DNA of 62,037 bases, filler included, from Choristocarpus tenellus KU-1152 (Eukaryota > Protista > Phaeophyceae), in assembly GCA_964200185.2 (NCBI GenBank). It is 11 parts of 11 records of this genome, joined end to end, with 100 filler letters (N's around TTAATTAATTAA, not from the genome) between each part and the next. Parts side by side here need not be neighbours in the genome. Positions count along the whole stretch, not along the records: positions 12,703 to 19,284 come from CAXNAD020007820.1; positions 19,385 to 24,109 come from CAXNAD020013324.1; positions 24,210 to 29,682 come from CAXNAD020010671.1; 8 more parts are not named here. The stretch is one strand, 5' to 3'. Numbering within the stretch: the first letter of the stretch is position 1; every line of letters starts with the position of its first letter. This document shows, in pieces, positions 12,779-24,419 of this stretch. A model generated the notes under the pieces. That model was not told the origin of the DNA and did not search any database. It saw nothing but the letters and a program-made list of their open reading frames with translations. The position numbers and the translations under genes were made by a program.

Positions 12779-13947
12779 CAAAACCCTGAGGACGGTTTTC
12801 CCTGCCAAATCCCAAGAGGCTCCTTACTAATCGAACCAGCCAATAATCTCGGTTTATGTCGTAAGCAGGTGCTGGTACAAGTAGTTTTCGTTGTCAGGAC
12901 AATTGATTGCTCGCAAATTTGATTTCTCCTTGGTAGAGGCCAGCATGATCGCATTAGAAACAGTTCTTGCAAACAGATCAACTCTTTGTTTTGTGCTTAT
13001 ACTACTGATGAGGAGTCTTGCTGAGGGTGCAAGTCAACTAAATACCCTAGGGGGTTGATCGAGACTCACCACCTACCTGCTCAGTTGCGTTACACTCGGT
13101 GCAATTAATGCCAAGTACCCTAGACAATGTCTTTCTGGAAAAAGTAAAAGATGGTGCTGTTTGGAGTCGTGTAACTTAAGGTGCTACAAAGGTTAGATAC
13201 CCAACCCCATGTGTTACTGGCAAATAGCAGTAAGTGGTATTTTGCACGGTATTTCAAAAGTAGAGTTGTGTGTCAAGGAAACACCCATGAAAGTCCCACC
13301 ATCAGTTTGTTGGTTATTGGGGGGATGCGGGACATAAAATTTGTCTTGATCTAGGCGGGAGATAAAATCAAGCTTCCCACTCCTTTGAAAATCCTGTATG
13401 TTAAGTACAAATTGTACCAAAAAATACATACATTTACAACTAATCTTAACGTACTATTATACTACTCTTTAGGTTTTTAAGAGTATGGGGTATTGAATCA
13501 CAAACTATTTTTTCTGTTGTATAGAGGTAGGTGGTAGATTTAAGAAGTATGTGTGCCATAATTCGAATATTGTGTCGCCAAACTCAGGATCTTCCAAGCT
13601 TTTCCAGACTATCATTATAGGAAAATCAGCCTATTCTCTTGAAGAGAAAGGATATGCACACGACTCCTACATTTCTTCTATAATACAGAGACCAACGTTG
13701 TTGTGTTGCTCGTTTGGGGTTGGTTGTTGTGTGTTGTGTGATATACACCATGCCCATGGTTCCTCACATCATTCGAAATCAACAACCTCTCCGATTCTAG
13801 TTTTTATTCGATGACGTCATCAGTCGAGTGTTCCTCAATTAAAATGACTAGTGTTGTTGTGTTGGGGGTCAACTCAATCACAAGTTGTTTCCGTCTTGCA
13901 CTCCTCACCCAAATCACTGAAGAGGGGTGTTCACTCTACAATTTTCG

Positions 13948-16900
13948 ATGTTGCGGGTAGTTACTCGTCGACATTCAGTCTTGGCTAGAGGGAGCATCAC
14001 AGCTGCAGGACTCGGGCAAGGCAACACTCCATCGCTTCCAACAGGGATCAACGCCTGGAGGGAAGGCGTCCCGCCTGCCCTTGTCACAGCCCAGACGCGT
14101 ACCTTGTCATACAATTTCAATAACGACTTCGACGATGAATGGCCTATCACTCAAAGGAACACCATTATCAACGTGTGCCAGCAGGTGAGATTGGAAGTCG
14201 ACAGGGGAAGCCGTCCATACATACCGCCTTCAATGTGCTAAACCCCAAAGGTCACGTGCGAATAATCGGATCGAGAAGATATATAGCAGTGACCAGGTAT
14301 CGCTTAGTAGTGAATGATCAACATCTGATTAACTGAAGTCCAAGGTTGCAGAGCACCAGGCACTCACGAAGTCCTGCCACGTCCCACTTACCCCAGGGAG
14401 AACGTATGGTGATCGAAAGGTTCGGAAGGTTGTCATCCATCGAGCAGCCAGGCTGGTTTATTGCTATCCCCTTGGTGGACAACATCGCCTACCGGGTACG
14501 CTTGTGCAGGTGGTTTGGGGGATGTATAGGTGGAGAAGCTGTAGGTGTGTTACAGTTTGGTGTTATAGTCTGTATCCTTCTGAGACAGCATGCACATGAT
14601 CGACCTGGTACCCCCCTCCTCTCTATGCGGTCCTTGCCCTAGGAAGGAGAGCCGAAGACGCATTGATATGGATGAAGTAAGCGCTGTTACCCCCCCCCAT
14701 TCCTCTTTCCTTATCCACTTTTGTATTGATCTGAGACAAGAAATGCCCTTGCTGAGCCTTGCAAATGCCAGATTTGCATGGAGTACTGACGGCGCAAATA
14801 TATTGTATTTTAGGAACCCTTTGGTAGAACCGGTTGCATAGTAGGTACCTGCGTTCGCACTTGGATAGAGGGTTGAAGAAGGCAGCGTTTGATTCCACGT
14901 AATCACCCTGTTGTGATCCACAAGATGAATACATCTTCCAACGGTGAGGGCGGCAAGTTTTGCTTAGATGTGGAGCGCTCTATAGCTGACCACTCACAGT
15001 TTTGTTCACCTTGGTTTGAAGCACATGCATGTAATCAATAGAAATGCAGGAAGTATGACAGACACAGCACTCAGGGAGCTCATACTCATGACAATTTGAT
15101 CCTAGTTCCCTGGGGCAGGTTGATCCTTTGCCCTTGTCTTACCCATCTTGCATTTTTTTCTCTTTATAGCAACTGACTTACGCAAACCTGTAAACTGAAC
15201 TGTGCGCGTGATGTCCAAAATCGGACTGTGTTTCATCGTCAATGTGGTGGGTGGTGGTGTGCTATGTAATGATGGTGATGGGGTGTTTGTATTTTGCTTG
15301 TGTTCATTTGGGAAGATTGATATGCGTGAGCGAAATATTGAGATCTCACCACAAAGTGCTATCACCAAAGACAACGTCAGTGTGGAGGTCAGCGGCAACC
15401 TGTACGTCCAATTCATTGATCCTGAAAAGGTACGCCTGCTCTATAGTGCATTAAACACTCCATTCAGCAGTATATTAAACATTCTCGACACCAGTATGCC
15501 GTTTGATTGCAAAGACTAATTTACAGTATTGTTGCGCTCACTGCCCTTTCCACTGGCAAGACACTGCTGCACTTATCACGTATGACTTCAACCATGTGCT
15601 CGGTTAAAATAGGTAATATGCTGCTGACCAATGTTATTGTTACTGGCAAGAGTATGGTTGATTTTTTCACTGAAGGGTGACGTGAAAGATTGCTTTTTCT
15701 ACCTTTTTGTTGTGGGTGCAGTCACTGAATAGAGTATTTCTCTTGCAGTTGAGCTGGTGTGGCAAGTCTTGGCATCCACAAGTGAAGTTAGCAAGTATTG
15801 ACATACGTTATTAAAGAAAAAAACACTTTTTGATCTTTGTTTGAATGCCTCACTATTGGATTTGGTGTGAACAAGATATCAAGTACTACTTCAAACTGTA
15901 TGTGCCTTGTGTTTTTGTATTTTAAAACACTGCTGTGTGGGGAATGTGTTAGGGTTAGGGTATGACCAGGAAGAAAGGTCGGAGAAGGGGAAGTGCTTGA
16001 ATATAGACATATATTCTCAATACCAAGATGTGCATTTCCACTGTTACACTAGCTTACTCCTATAGGCCTTTCCTCCAATTACTTTTCTAGTAATAGTCAG
16101 GTAGGGATACATAGTACATAAGCCAATCGGACGTAACCATTCTTTCACAGATCATGTTTACCTTTCACAGATCATGTTTACCTTTCACAGATCATGTTTA
16201 CCTTTCACAGATCATGTTTACCTTTCACAGATCATGTGTACCTTTCACAGATCATGTGTACCTTTGTTGGAATACGTGCACCATGTAGCATGAGTGAGAA
16301 CACGGAGAAGAGGTAAAAGGATGCTCAGGCAAGGCTCTGGTCCTACGTCTAATACTTAGAGATTTTTTTGTATTATAGACCCTGTGGATGAAATGAAATA
16401 GTTGTCTCAAGACTTTGCCTCATGGGCATTCTTTAAAGCGAAACATACGGTAATACAATAAGTACGAATAATCAATAAGGCAATCCCATGTGTTCGTTGT
16501 TGTTTTTTGGTGTAACTTTGTTCCACCCGAGTTTTTGGTCTGTTTATGTGCTTATCACTTCTCCCAACTTTTCCTCCCCCCAGCTCTGTGCAACTGGGTA
16601 AGCATGAATTGAGGTGTGCATGAAATGAGGTGACTCTGTTGTGGTTCCTCTGTTTCCCTTGTCTGAAGCCTCTCTCTTGCCTCCAATCCTCCAATAGTAG
16701 TAATAGTAGTAACAATAATAAATGTCAAAAAGTATAATGTAAAACTAACATTTGATTGGGTCAGAATAGGAGTGAATAGGAGTGAATAGGAGTAGCCTGG
16801 ACCGCTGATGGTTTGCATGTGTTTGGTAGTACAGCTATATCAGACATGAGCTGTTTGGTAGTACAGCTTTTGTGGGATGATAACCTTGATATCCGAGGGA

Positions 16901-18691
16901 GAGTTCAATGAAGGTGGCACCAGGGTTGCTGGTGACGTTTCTGTTCCATTTGGGTGTGTAACCTTTTCTTTGACATAACACCAGGCAAATAGACAACTGA
17001 TGATATGCACAGTGATGCTGGTGACGTTTCTCTGCAAATCTTAACTTATATGGTCCTTGATCTCCCTCGGCATCCAAGCACGTCCTAACAATAACAATTA
17101 AGTGTAGCTACTGTTCAAAAGAGAAACTGTAGGAATATTGTGGTACAGTGGTAGAGTACTCATTACATGAGACTGACAAGTATACATACAAGATTGTAAG
17201 ATTGAGAGATACAGGTGACTATATAGAGCCGGTTAGGGCTGGTGTTAGACTCAATTCATCACACGCGTGGATGGCATGTACTGTTGACACAAGGTTATGT
17301 CTGTGACCAGCAGCTCATTTGATAGGTACATTTAGTATTGTCATGAGCATGTGAGCTTCAAGACACTGAGCAGATGTGTGATATAGCGAGTTTGTAAGAG
17401 GTTGTAAGAGGTTATCATAGGTTATCATATATAGTCAGATCGACCCTGTGTGACTTGCAATGTGCTGGCTTTGTAAGAGTAAGAATTGTATCATGTCTAA
17501 CCAATTAAGAAAAAAGCATATAAAGAGTGATCAATACAGCAAGCACATACACTTGAGGACAAATGTGAGAATGAGAGAGGGCTGGTTCTGGCACCTCAAG
17601 GACATGTTGACAGACAGACAAACAGTGCGCTTGTCTTTTTCTCAAGAGTTTCTCAGGATGTATGTAGTAGACATTTGAAAACTGAAAAATTGACTGTGCT
17701 GTGAAATGTTTACAGAGGCAGAAGTGGCATGTGCTATTTAGTGGTACATCTATTTTTGTTTCCCCTAACCCTAATCAGAATTGTAAAAAATCTTAGAAAT
17801 GGATTCTTCCATGCCCTTGACCTCGACTGTTGCCCATGGAAAAATAAGAATTTACATAATTGGTTCACCCGACTTCCCCTGCTCTCTCCCTGTCATGGTT
17901 TACCAACCCATATCCAGCTGTATTGTGTGATACAAGATTGACCATGCCGTTTGTGCATCTGCACTGCCTCTGGTAACGATGGCCTGTGCTTTCTTGGCAT
18001 CCCTTCCCTTTGCAATGTTCACCCTAACCCTAACCCTTGCATATGCGATTTATTATTTTATTATATGAACCTTTCCTCTTTTTTTTTTGTACTCTTTTTT
18101 CCCTTCCTGATATTGTATTATTATTATTATTATTGTTGTTATTGTATTTATTTCTTGATCTTTGTTCTTGTTGATTCTTCACAGGCGGCTTATGGATCAG
18201 CAAACCCTTTGTACGGTGTTAGGCAGCATGCACAGTCTAGCATGCGCGCAGCCATTGGCGAGCTAGAACTGGACGAGATCCTTCACGCAAGGTGAGTTCA
18301 GAAGGAGTCAAGGCAGGGGGGGGGGGGGGAGGGGGGGGAAGGGAAGTCACAAACGTTTGCCATGTATGCAGGTGGTGAGATGTTGAGAACAATTCAAACA
18401 GGTCTTCACACTGGCAGTGTTTTTCAGGCTTGGACTGTGCACACACACATGTATGGTTTGTGCACCTGAACTGATGTAGGTGTGTCTGTGGAGTAGTTGT
18501 CCAATGCCAATGTCTGACCTTTCTGCTGACTTGGTCAGGTCAACCCTCAACTCAATGATCAAGACCTCTGTACAGGGTGCAGCAGATGCGTGGGGAATGG
18601 TGGTAAAGCGCTATGAAATCACAGACATCACACCGGACAGGCAGATCAGTGAGGCCATGGATAAACAGGCAGCTGCAGAAAGAGTTCGCAG
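13948..18691 (+). CDS. Stomatin-like protein 2 type SPFH/band-7 protein, probably mitochondrial, 3' incomplete; exons 13948-14184, 14397-14495, 15316-15429, 18185-18291, 18539-18691
   Basis: GERMVIERFGRL..IPLVDNIAYR|IDMRE..PQSAITKDNVSV..AAYGSANP..AQSSMRAAIGELELDEILHAR..AADAWG..VKRYEITDITP..AMDKQAAAER; all phases consistent; Arg-rich N-terminus. Confidence 0.92.
16142..16265. repeat. 20-bp minisatellite (ctttcacagatcatgtttac) x6 in a stomatin intron
   Basis: Direct reading. Confidence 0.95.
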
Positions 18692-19384
18692 GTGAGAAGG
18701 TAGTGAGTGATGGATGGGGATGGTATTTGATAGACGATTCAAGCACCTCTGTGCATGATATCCCCAACATCTTTCGGAGGCTTTGCATTCATTGTTGCAG
18801 GAATGGCTGGTCTTGCTAGATGAGGTCTTGTCAAGGACTTGAAATTATTTTATTTTTGTTCCAACCAATGAAAAATATATAAAAATAGGTTGTGTGATGT
18901 GAATAGTAACACTAACATGAACATTAGCTTTTTTTGCTTAGTTTAATTGTTGGTTTTTTTTTGTTGTGTCCCTATCTTTTCCTCTATATGTCAGAAGGAT
19001 GACAAAATTTTGGAGTGTACACTAGTTAAGGCAAGAGACAATTTTGCTTAATATTTGCAAATGTGAATTTTAAATACGAACTTCTTCCAGAACAGTGGCA
19101 CTTGGCATGTTGCTCCCTCTTGTAGAAGTTGATGTGACCATTACAGTAATGTCATTGTTAGAGTGTATGCAGTTATGTTCCTTTTGGGGGAGGAGGAGGG
19201 GAGGGGGAGGGGGAGGGGGAGGGGGAGGCGAAGGTTGTCTAGAAAACAAAAGTTCCAGCACTGATTGGTCGGACTTGGTTGAGGNNNNNNNNNNNNNNNN
19301 NNNNNNNNNNNNNNNNNNNNNNNNNNNNTTAATTAATTAANNNNNNNNNNNNNNNNNNNNNNNNNNNNNNNNNNNNNNNNNNNN

Positions 19385-19441
19385 TTTTAGTCCAAATGGA
19401 CCCCCTGGTGTAGCCCCCCCCCCCCCAAGATACTTTGAGCC
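19385..19441. mobile_element. End of MITE family C (C-tract + AGATACTTTGAGCC)
   Basis: Shares ccaaatggac..cctggtgtag and the terminal motif with about 57095-57143 and with the reverse complement of 39446-39499. Confidence 0.7.
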
Positions 19442-22083
19442 TGGCAAAAATCAGTGTGATAATTTTCACAACCCAAACGCAATTTTTGTCATCAGTACAA
19501 ATCGATTTTTATTGGTGTTTTGGAATGTGTTTATTGTGAGCCAAATCAGTTGGGAGGCAAGCAATTTTGGACCCCTTTGCATGCTAAGCCATCGTTCTTA
19601 CCCTGTACAATGCACTCGATTTCATTGCTTTATGTATAGGATAGTGTACGAAAAATGTTTGTTCCCCTTTTACACAAATAAAGTCACACCAAATTTAAGC
19701 ACTCTTTCTCTGCAATTGTACAAAATGTCGTCTTTTTTCACTTTCTCGGGATCCTTCAAATGCAACCCTGCCTCTCTATTGGTACTACTATAAAACACGA
19801 AGTTTTTTGTTTTTATATTTGTTGTATTCTCTGGTTTGTACTGTGTATGTTGCTTCTTATCTTCCTGTCGACCAAATTAATTGTTTATAATAACCATCAT
19901 TAAACACGAATCAAATAATATTTATAAGTATTGTTCGACCCCCCCTCCTTCATTCATTCCCTTTAACCTGTCATGAAGAAGGGTCTCGCCATCCCGTCTT
20001 GCTCTTGCAAGCCTCCTAGGACGTCATCAACCGAATTGGTCAATGGAATATCTGTACCTGCCCCAGATGTCCTGGACTTGGCTCTGGTTCGTTTGGGTCA
20101 GTGGTTTCACTTTTACCCTTTTCAGTCTTGTCTCTTTTCCTTTTATCTTTGGTAGCTTCCTTGCTTGATGGATCTATCCCCGAGACTGTCGGTGTGAGTA
20201 CCACTGTCGTGAAGCAGGGTCCAATCAGTCGTGGGGGGTGTTCAAAATCACGAGTTGTGTCACGGTGGAGTGCTTCCAGCAAACCCAAAGCTCTCTAAGC
20301 TATCAAATCTTAGGAGAAGTTTGAATGGAATCTCAGATCCGATTGGTGACGTCACATCTTTGTGACCTTCAACGGCAAGTGGTCTGAGAATTCTGAAGAG
20401 TTCTCTGTGTTTGATGTTGATAGGAACATCACCAATGACAAAGAAATGTGCGCGCGATTCACTTTGTGTGCGCGCGGATGTGGATTGGACTGAGATCAGC
20501 TCCCAAAGGGATCTGTCCGTCATAAACCCACTGTTCAGCAATGTATTAAACATTATGGAGGGGATGGTTGGCTCAGAATATGATTTGCTTTATACTCTCT
20601 CGAAGATATCTTCTGCGATGCTTCCATTAGTTCAGAATTTTCTGGTACCCAATCTGAAGGTCAAAGTTATGCACGTTAGCACGTATGTTACAACACGCTC
20701 CAGAACTCACCTCCACAGGATGTGCAACTCTAATCTACAGGCTATAGATGACACTGATGCGCGTAAAGGACTCCTGATGCACAAGTTGTCAAGTATGCTG
20801 GATCTCTCACTTGGATTACTCCCTTCGTAAGTATCATCTAAATTGTCATATAGAAAGAAAAAAAAATGATTTTAACAAAAGGCTTTTTACTATTTTAATA
20901 GTTTTGATTAAGGTAGTATCTTGGCAATTTCTACTTTGTTTTATTTTATTTTTTCTCTTTTCCATGTTGTAACTGCTCTCTGTGATCTTGACTTTTCTAT
21001 TTATATATATTTTCTTTATCTCATACTTTTGTTCTTTTCATGTCTATTTCATTCTGATCCCACTATGCATTTATTTTTATTTCATTTTTATTGTTGTTGC
21101 TCTCATTATTCACTTTTTTCCTTTCCTTTCTGTTTTTTATTTTAATTTTTAACTATAACTTTATATTTTGTTTTATTATTTGCTCAGTTTCTATTTTGTT
21201 ATCCTCAATCCACAAATAATTTTTTCCTTTCTATTTATTACCCCTTGTTTTTATTAGTTCTTTTGATTTTATTTTTTTCCATTATTTTCTTTCCTTTCTA
21301 TTTACTTTTTGATTTTCTCTTAGCCATGTATTTATTATTATTACTCTTTGTTGCTCTCATTGGCCCTTCTTTATATATATATTTTATTTTATTTTTATTT
21401 TTTGTCATTGCCTGTTTTGCGCACTAGCAGCCTTGAGTATGCTTTGTTCTTGGGTGGCATAGGACAGGCAATAAACAGATGCCGAGTAGGTCATGAATAA
21501 TATATGTCTAATCCTTGATGGCACTTACATTCATAGCTGGGAAGATTGGAACGGAAGACGCACGAATTATAGGCCTAATCAGACCTATGATTATGTAACT
21601 TTTGAAGGTCCAGTTCAGAAGAAATAAGTGTATACTCGGATTAGGGCAGGCACTATTTGATGGAGATTGTATTGTGTGGCCTTATGGGCACTTTGAAGGG
21701 AACATGGATAAATGAATCACATTTGTGATTAGAGAGATCGGAACTGGTGACTGTCATTTTAGGCCATGTCACAGATATATATACTTTGTAAATTTTGAAG
21801 GTGTGTTTCAGAAAGAGCAAAGAGAAAGTGTATACTCAGATTAGGCCGGGGACAAACTGAATCTGATGATTTTCTGTGACCCTTGGGAAAGATTTTCGCA
21901 AGGAAAACAGGGATATTTGTTGAACTGTTTTGGCCCTAGTTGGAGTTATATATATTATAAAAGTGTATACTCTTATCTGGTCAGACATATATTGATCTTG
22001 ACTGTCTTATGACTCTTGAGGATCCACTCTCGAAGGAAACAAGGGGATTCGTCAATCATTGTTGGAATCCATGGGTTAAATTT

Positions 22084-22218
22084 GGAACTGGAGTCCTTAT
22101 GTTAGAGACAACTGGCAGAATCGGAACTGGAGTCCCTATGTCGGAAATAACTGGCAGAGTCTGAACTGAAGTTCCTACGTTGGAAACAACTGGCAGAGTC
22201 AGAATTGAAGTCCCTATA
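22084..22218. repeat. 39-bp degenerate tandem repeat x~3.5 inside the TIR element
   Basis: gaactggagtccctatg..acaactggcagag units at period 39. Confidence 0.9.
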
Positions 22219-22776
22219 TTACCAAATGGCAATTATGCTAGCCATCGTAGCACGATCTAACGTGATGGATGATATTTACTATCCTGATCAATGATTATCG
22301 CCGGTGGTAAGCGTGAAACAGGTAGTCCCTGCATGGAACGTAGGATAGCAGAAGTTGGAACCATGAAGTAAACCACACCAGAACAGACAGTAATATATAT
22401 AGGACGCATTTTTATTATTATTATTATTTTTTTGTAATTTTATTCTTTTCTGCATATCAGGTACCTGACCCCCTTTTTCCGTGTTTTGTTCATTTCCCTT
22501 TTTAGTTTTAGTTTTAGTTTTAGTTTGTATGTTTTTTTATCTTTTTTATCTCTCTTCTTTTGTCAGACCATGCACCTGATCCTCTTAATTCCTTGTTTTG
22601 TTCTTTCTTCAGTCCTCTCTTTTATTGTCTCATTTTTTGTTGTCACTCACGTTGATGTTATTGCCTGTTTTACGCACTAGCAGCCGTCAGTATGCTTCGT
22701 GGTTGGGGGGCATGAGACAGGCAATAATCAGGTGATACTTGGCACCTTAGGGAAGCTGTACTTTAGAAAGAGTAAA

Positions 22777-22936
22777 TATATTCTCAGATTAGGCTAGATG
22801 CAGACAGATTTCTCCAAGAAGGTAAGGATATATGTTTTGGACCTAGTAGGAGTTAATGTATACTCAAATTAGGCTAGATGCAGACAGATTTCTCCGAGTA
22901 GGTAAGGATATATATTTTGGACCTAGTACGAGTTAG
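22777..22936. repeat. 80-bp tandem duplication inside the TIR element
   Basis: aggctagatgcagacagatttctcc..ggtaaggatata..ttttggacctagta at 22791 and 22871. Confidence 0.9.
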
Positions 22937-24419
22937 TAATTTTCTTCTTCTTTCTTTCTCCTTGCCACAGGATGATGTGAGATGATTGATGATATCTATT
23001 GCCTTCGCTGGTGACAATCGCCTGTGGTAAGTGTGAAACTTTTTTTGCTAGTTCACGCTAGGGGGCATATTGCAGGCGAATAGCGCGAGCATTTCTTCTC
23101 GTGTTCTAGAAAGCACGAGCAGTATACGAAATTAGTAGCACATAGGTGGCTTTACAGAATAAATGCTGATTTCTTAGAAGATGCAGAGCAAGATTCGAAT
23201 GCATACGTAACCTTACGGAAGAAACATCAATTCCTAGAAGTTGCAGAATAAAGGATTTATGATTGGAGTATGTATACAGCAGTTTGCAGATGCCCTTTTA
23301 CTTGTAAGTCTGTAGAAACTGGGTAAGTAACGAAAACAAATAATACTTTGATGGTCATCAAAGTACCTCTTGCTCCACCTTTTATCTCGATTGAACCTTT
23401 AAGTCAAGCTTTGAGCTAAGCACAGAGTGAATAATCTAGAGAAGAGTAGCTGACACCCATACGTGGCTATCAACTATGGAAATACCCCCTGTACCCTAGT
23501 TTTGAGGTCGTTGGATTAGAGTTACACATCCTGTGGAGGTGAGTTCTGGAGCGTGCTGTAACACGTACACATTTACGTAGAAGGTTGTTTATTTGCTTCT
23601 ACACGCGCTATTAGCACACACACGCACACGCACACCCTGTCAGAGCACCCCTGCTACCCAGGTACCCCTCACCCTCTTCTCCTAGTGCTGCTGGTGAAGG
23701 CACCATGGCTGCCAGCTGGTGGAGCTTCTCCTCTTTCCCACCAAAGCATAGTCCAAACAGTCCCCGCTTGTGCCTTTCCTCCTGTTACTGCTGGAGGATT
23801 GTGACTGCAAGCTGGAGGAGTGTCTCCTCCTCCTCTGCCCCTACCTGTGCTTATCTCCTGGTACTTCTTGAGCACTATGCCTGATACCTAATGGGGCTTC
23901 TAGTCCCCTTTCCCCCCCAAGCACGGCCTGCACAGAGGTCCGATATATGTTTAGTAGGGTTCATTTGCTTCTGTACAGGCAGGCATTAGATCCCCCCCGG
24001 CACAGCACACCCCTGCCACCCTGGTATAGTCCCCCCCTGACCCTTTCCTCCTGGTGCTGGTGGAGTCACAGTGGCTGCCAAGTAGTGAAGGTCCTTGCTC
24101 TCTTTCAGANNNNNNNNNNNNNNNNNNNNNNNNNNNNNNNNNNNNNNNNNNNNTTAATTAATTAANNNNNNNNNNNNNNNNNNNNNNNNNNNNNNNNNNN
24201 NNNNNNNNNGCAGTTCTCACACCACTCAACACCACTCCACAATAATCCAAGAACACCCCTTCATGATCCACTTCAAACCGTGCCTTTGAGCTAGAAGACA
24301 TCTACCCCGCCGTAACTTGACCTCCCCTCCCCTTTTGGGGTTGATTTCTTCTATGTCATCCCCGTTACCTCCTGACCTGGTTGTAGCCAATCCTTCCTAC
24401 TCTCTGCCAAGCCCTTTGA

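Larger units (their letters stand above)
20686..23563. mobile_element. 2878-bp non-autonomous TIR DNA transposon, Ginger-like
   Basis: 50-bp TIRs (20686-20735 and 23514-23563, 48/50 identical) starting TGTTACA; perfect CGTA TSD (20682-20685 / 23564-23567); no transposase ORF. Confidence 0.85.

Noticed and set aside
20411-20830. 139-aa plus-strand ORF
   Set aside because: It straddles the transposon's left junction at 20686 and has no recognisable motif, so it is a chance chimeric ORF.
20921-22680. Phe/Leu/Ile-rich membrane-like ORFs
   Set aside because: Translations of T-rich low-complexity intron-like tracts.
21407-22731. Hairpins as hammerhead ribozyme, SECIS or H/ACA snoRNA
   Set aside because: No CUGAnGA/GAAA core, no SECIS quartet, and an ACA tail in only one of the two copies.
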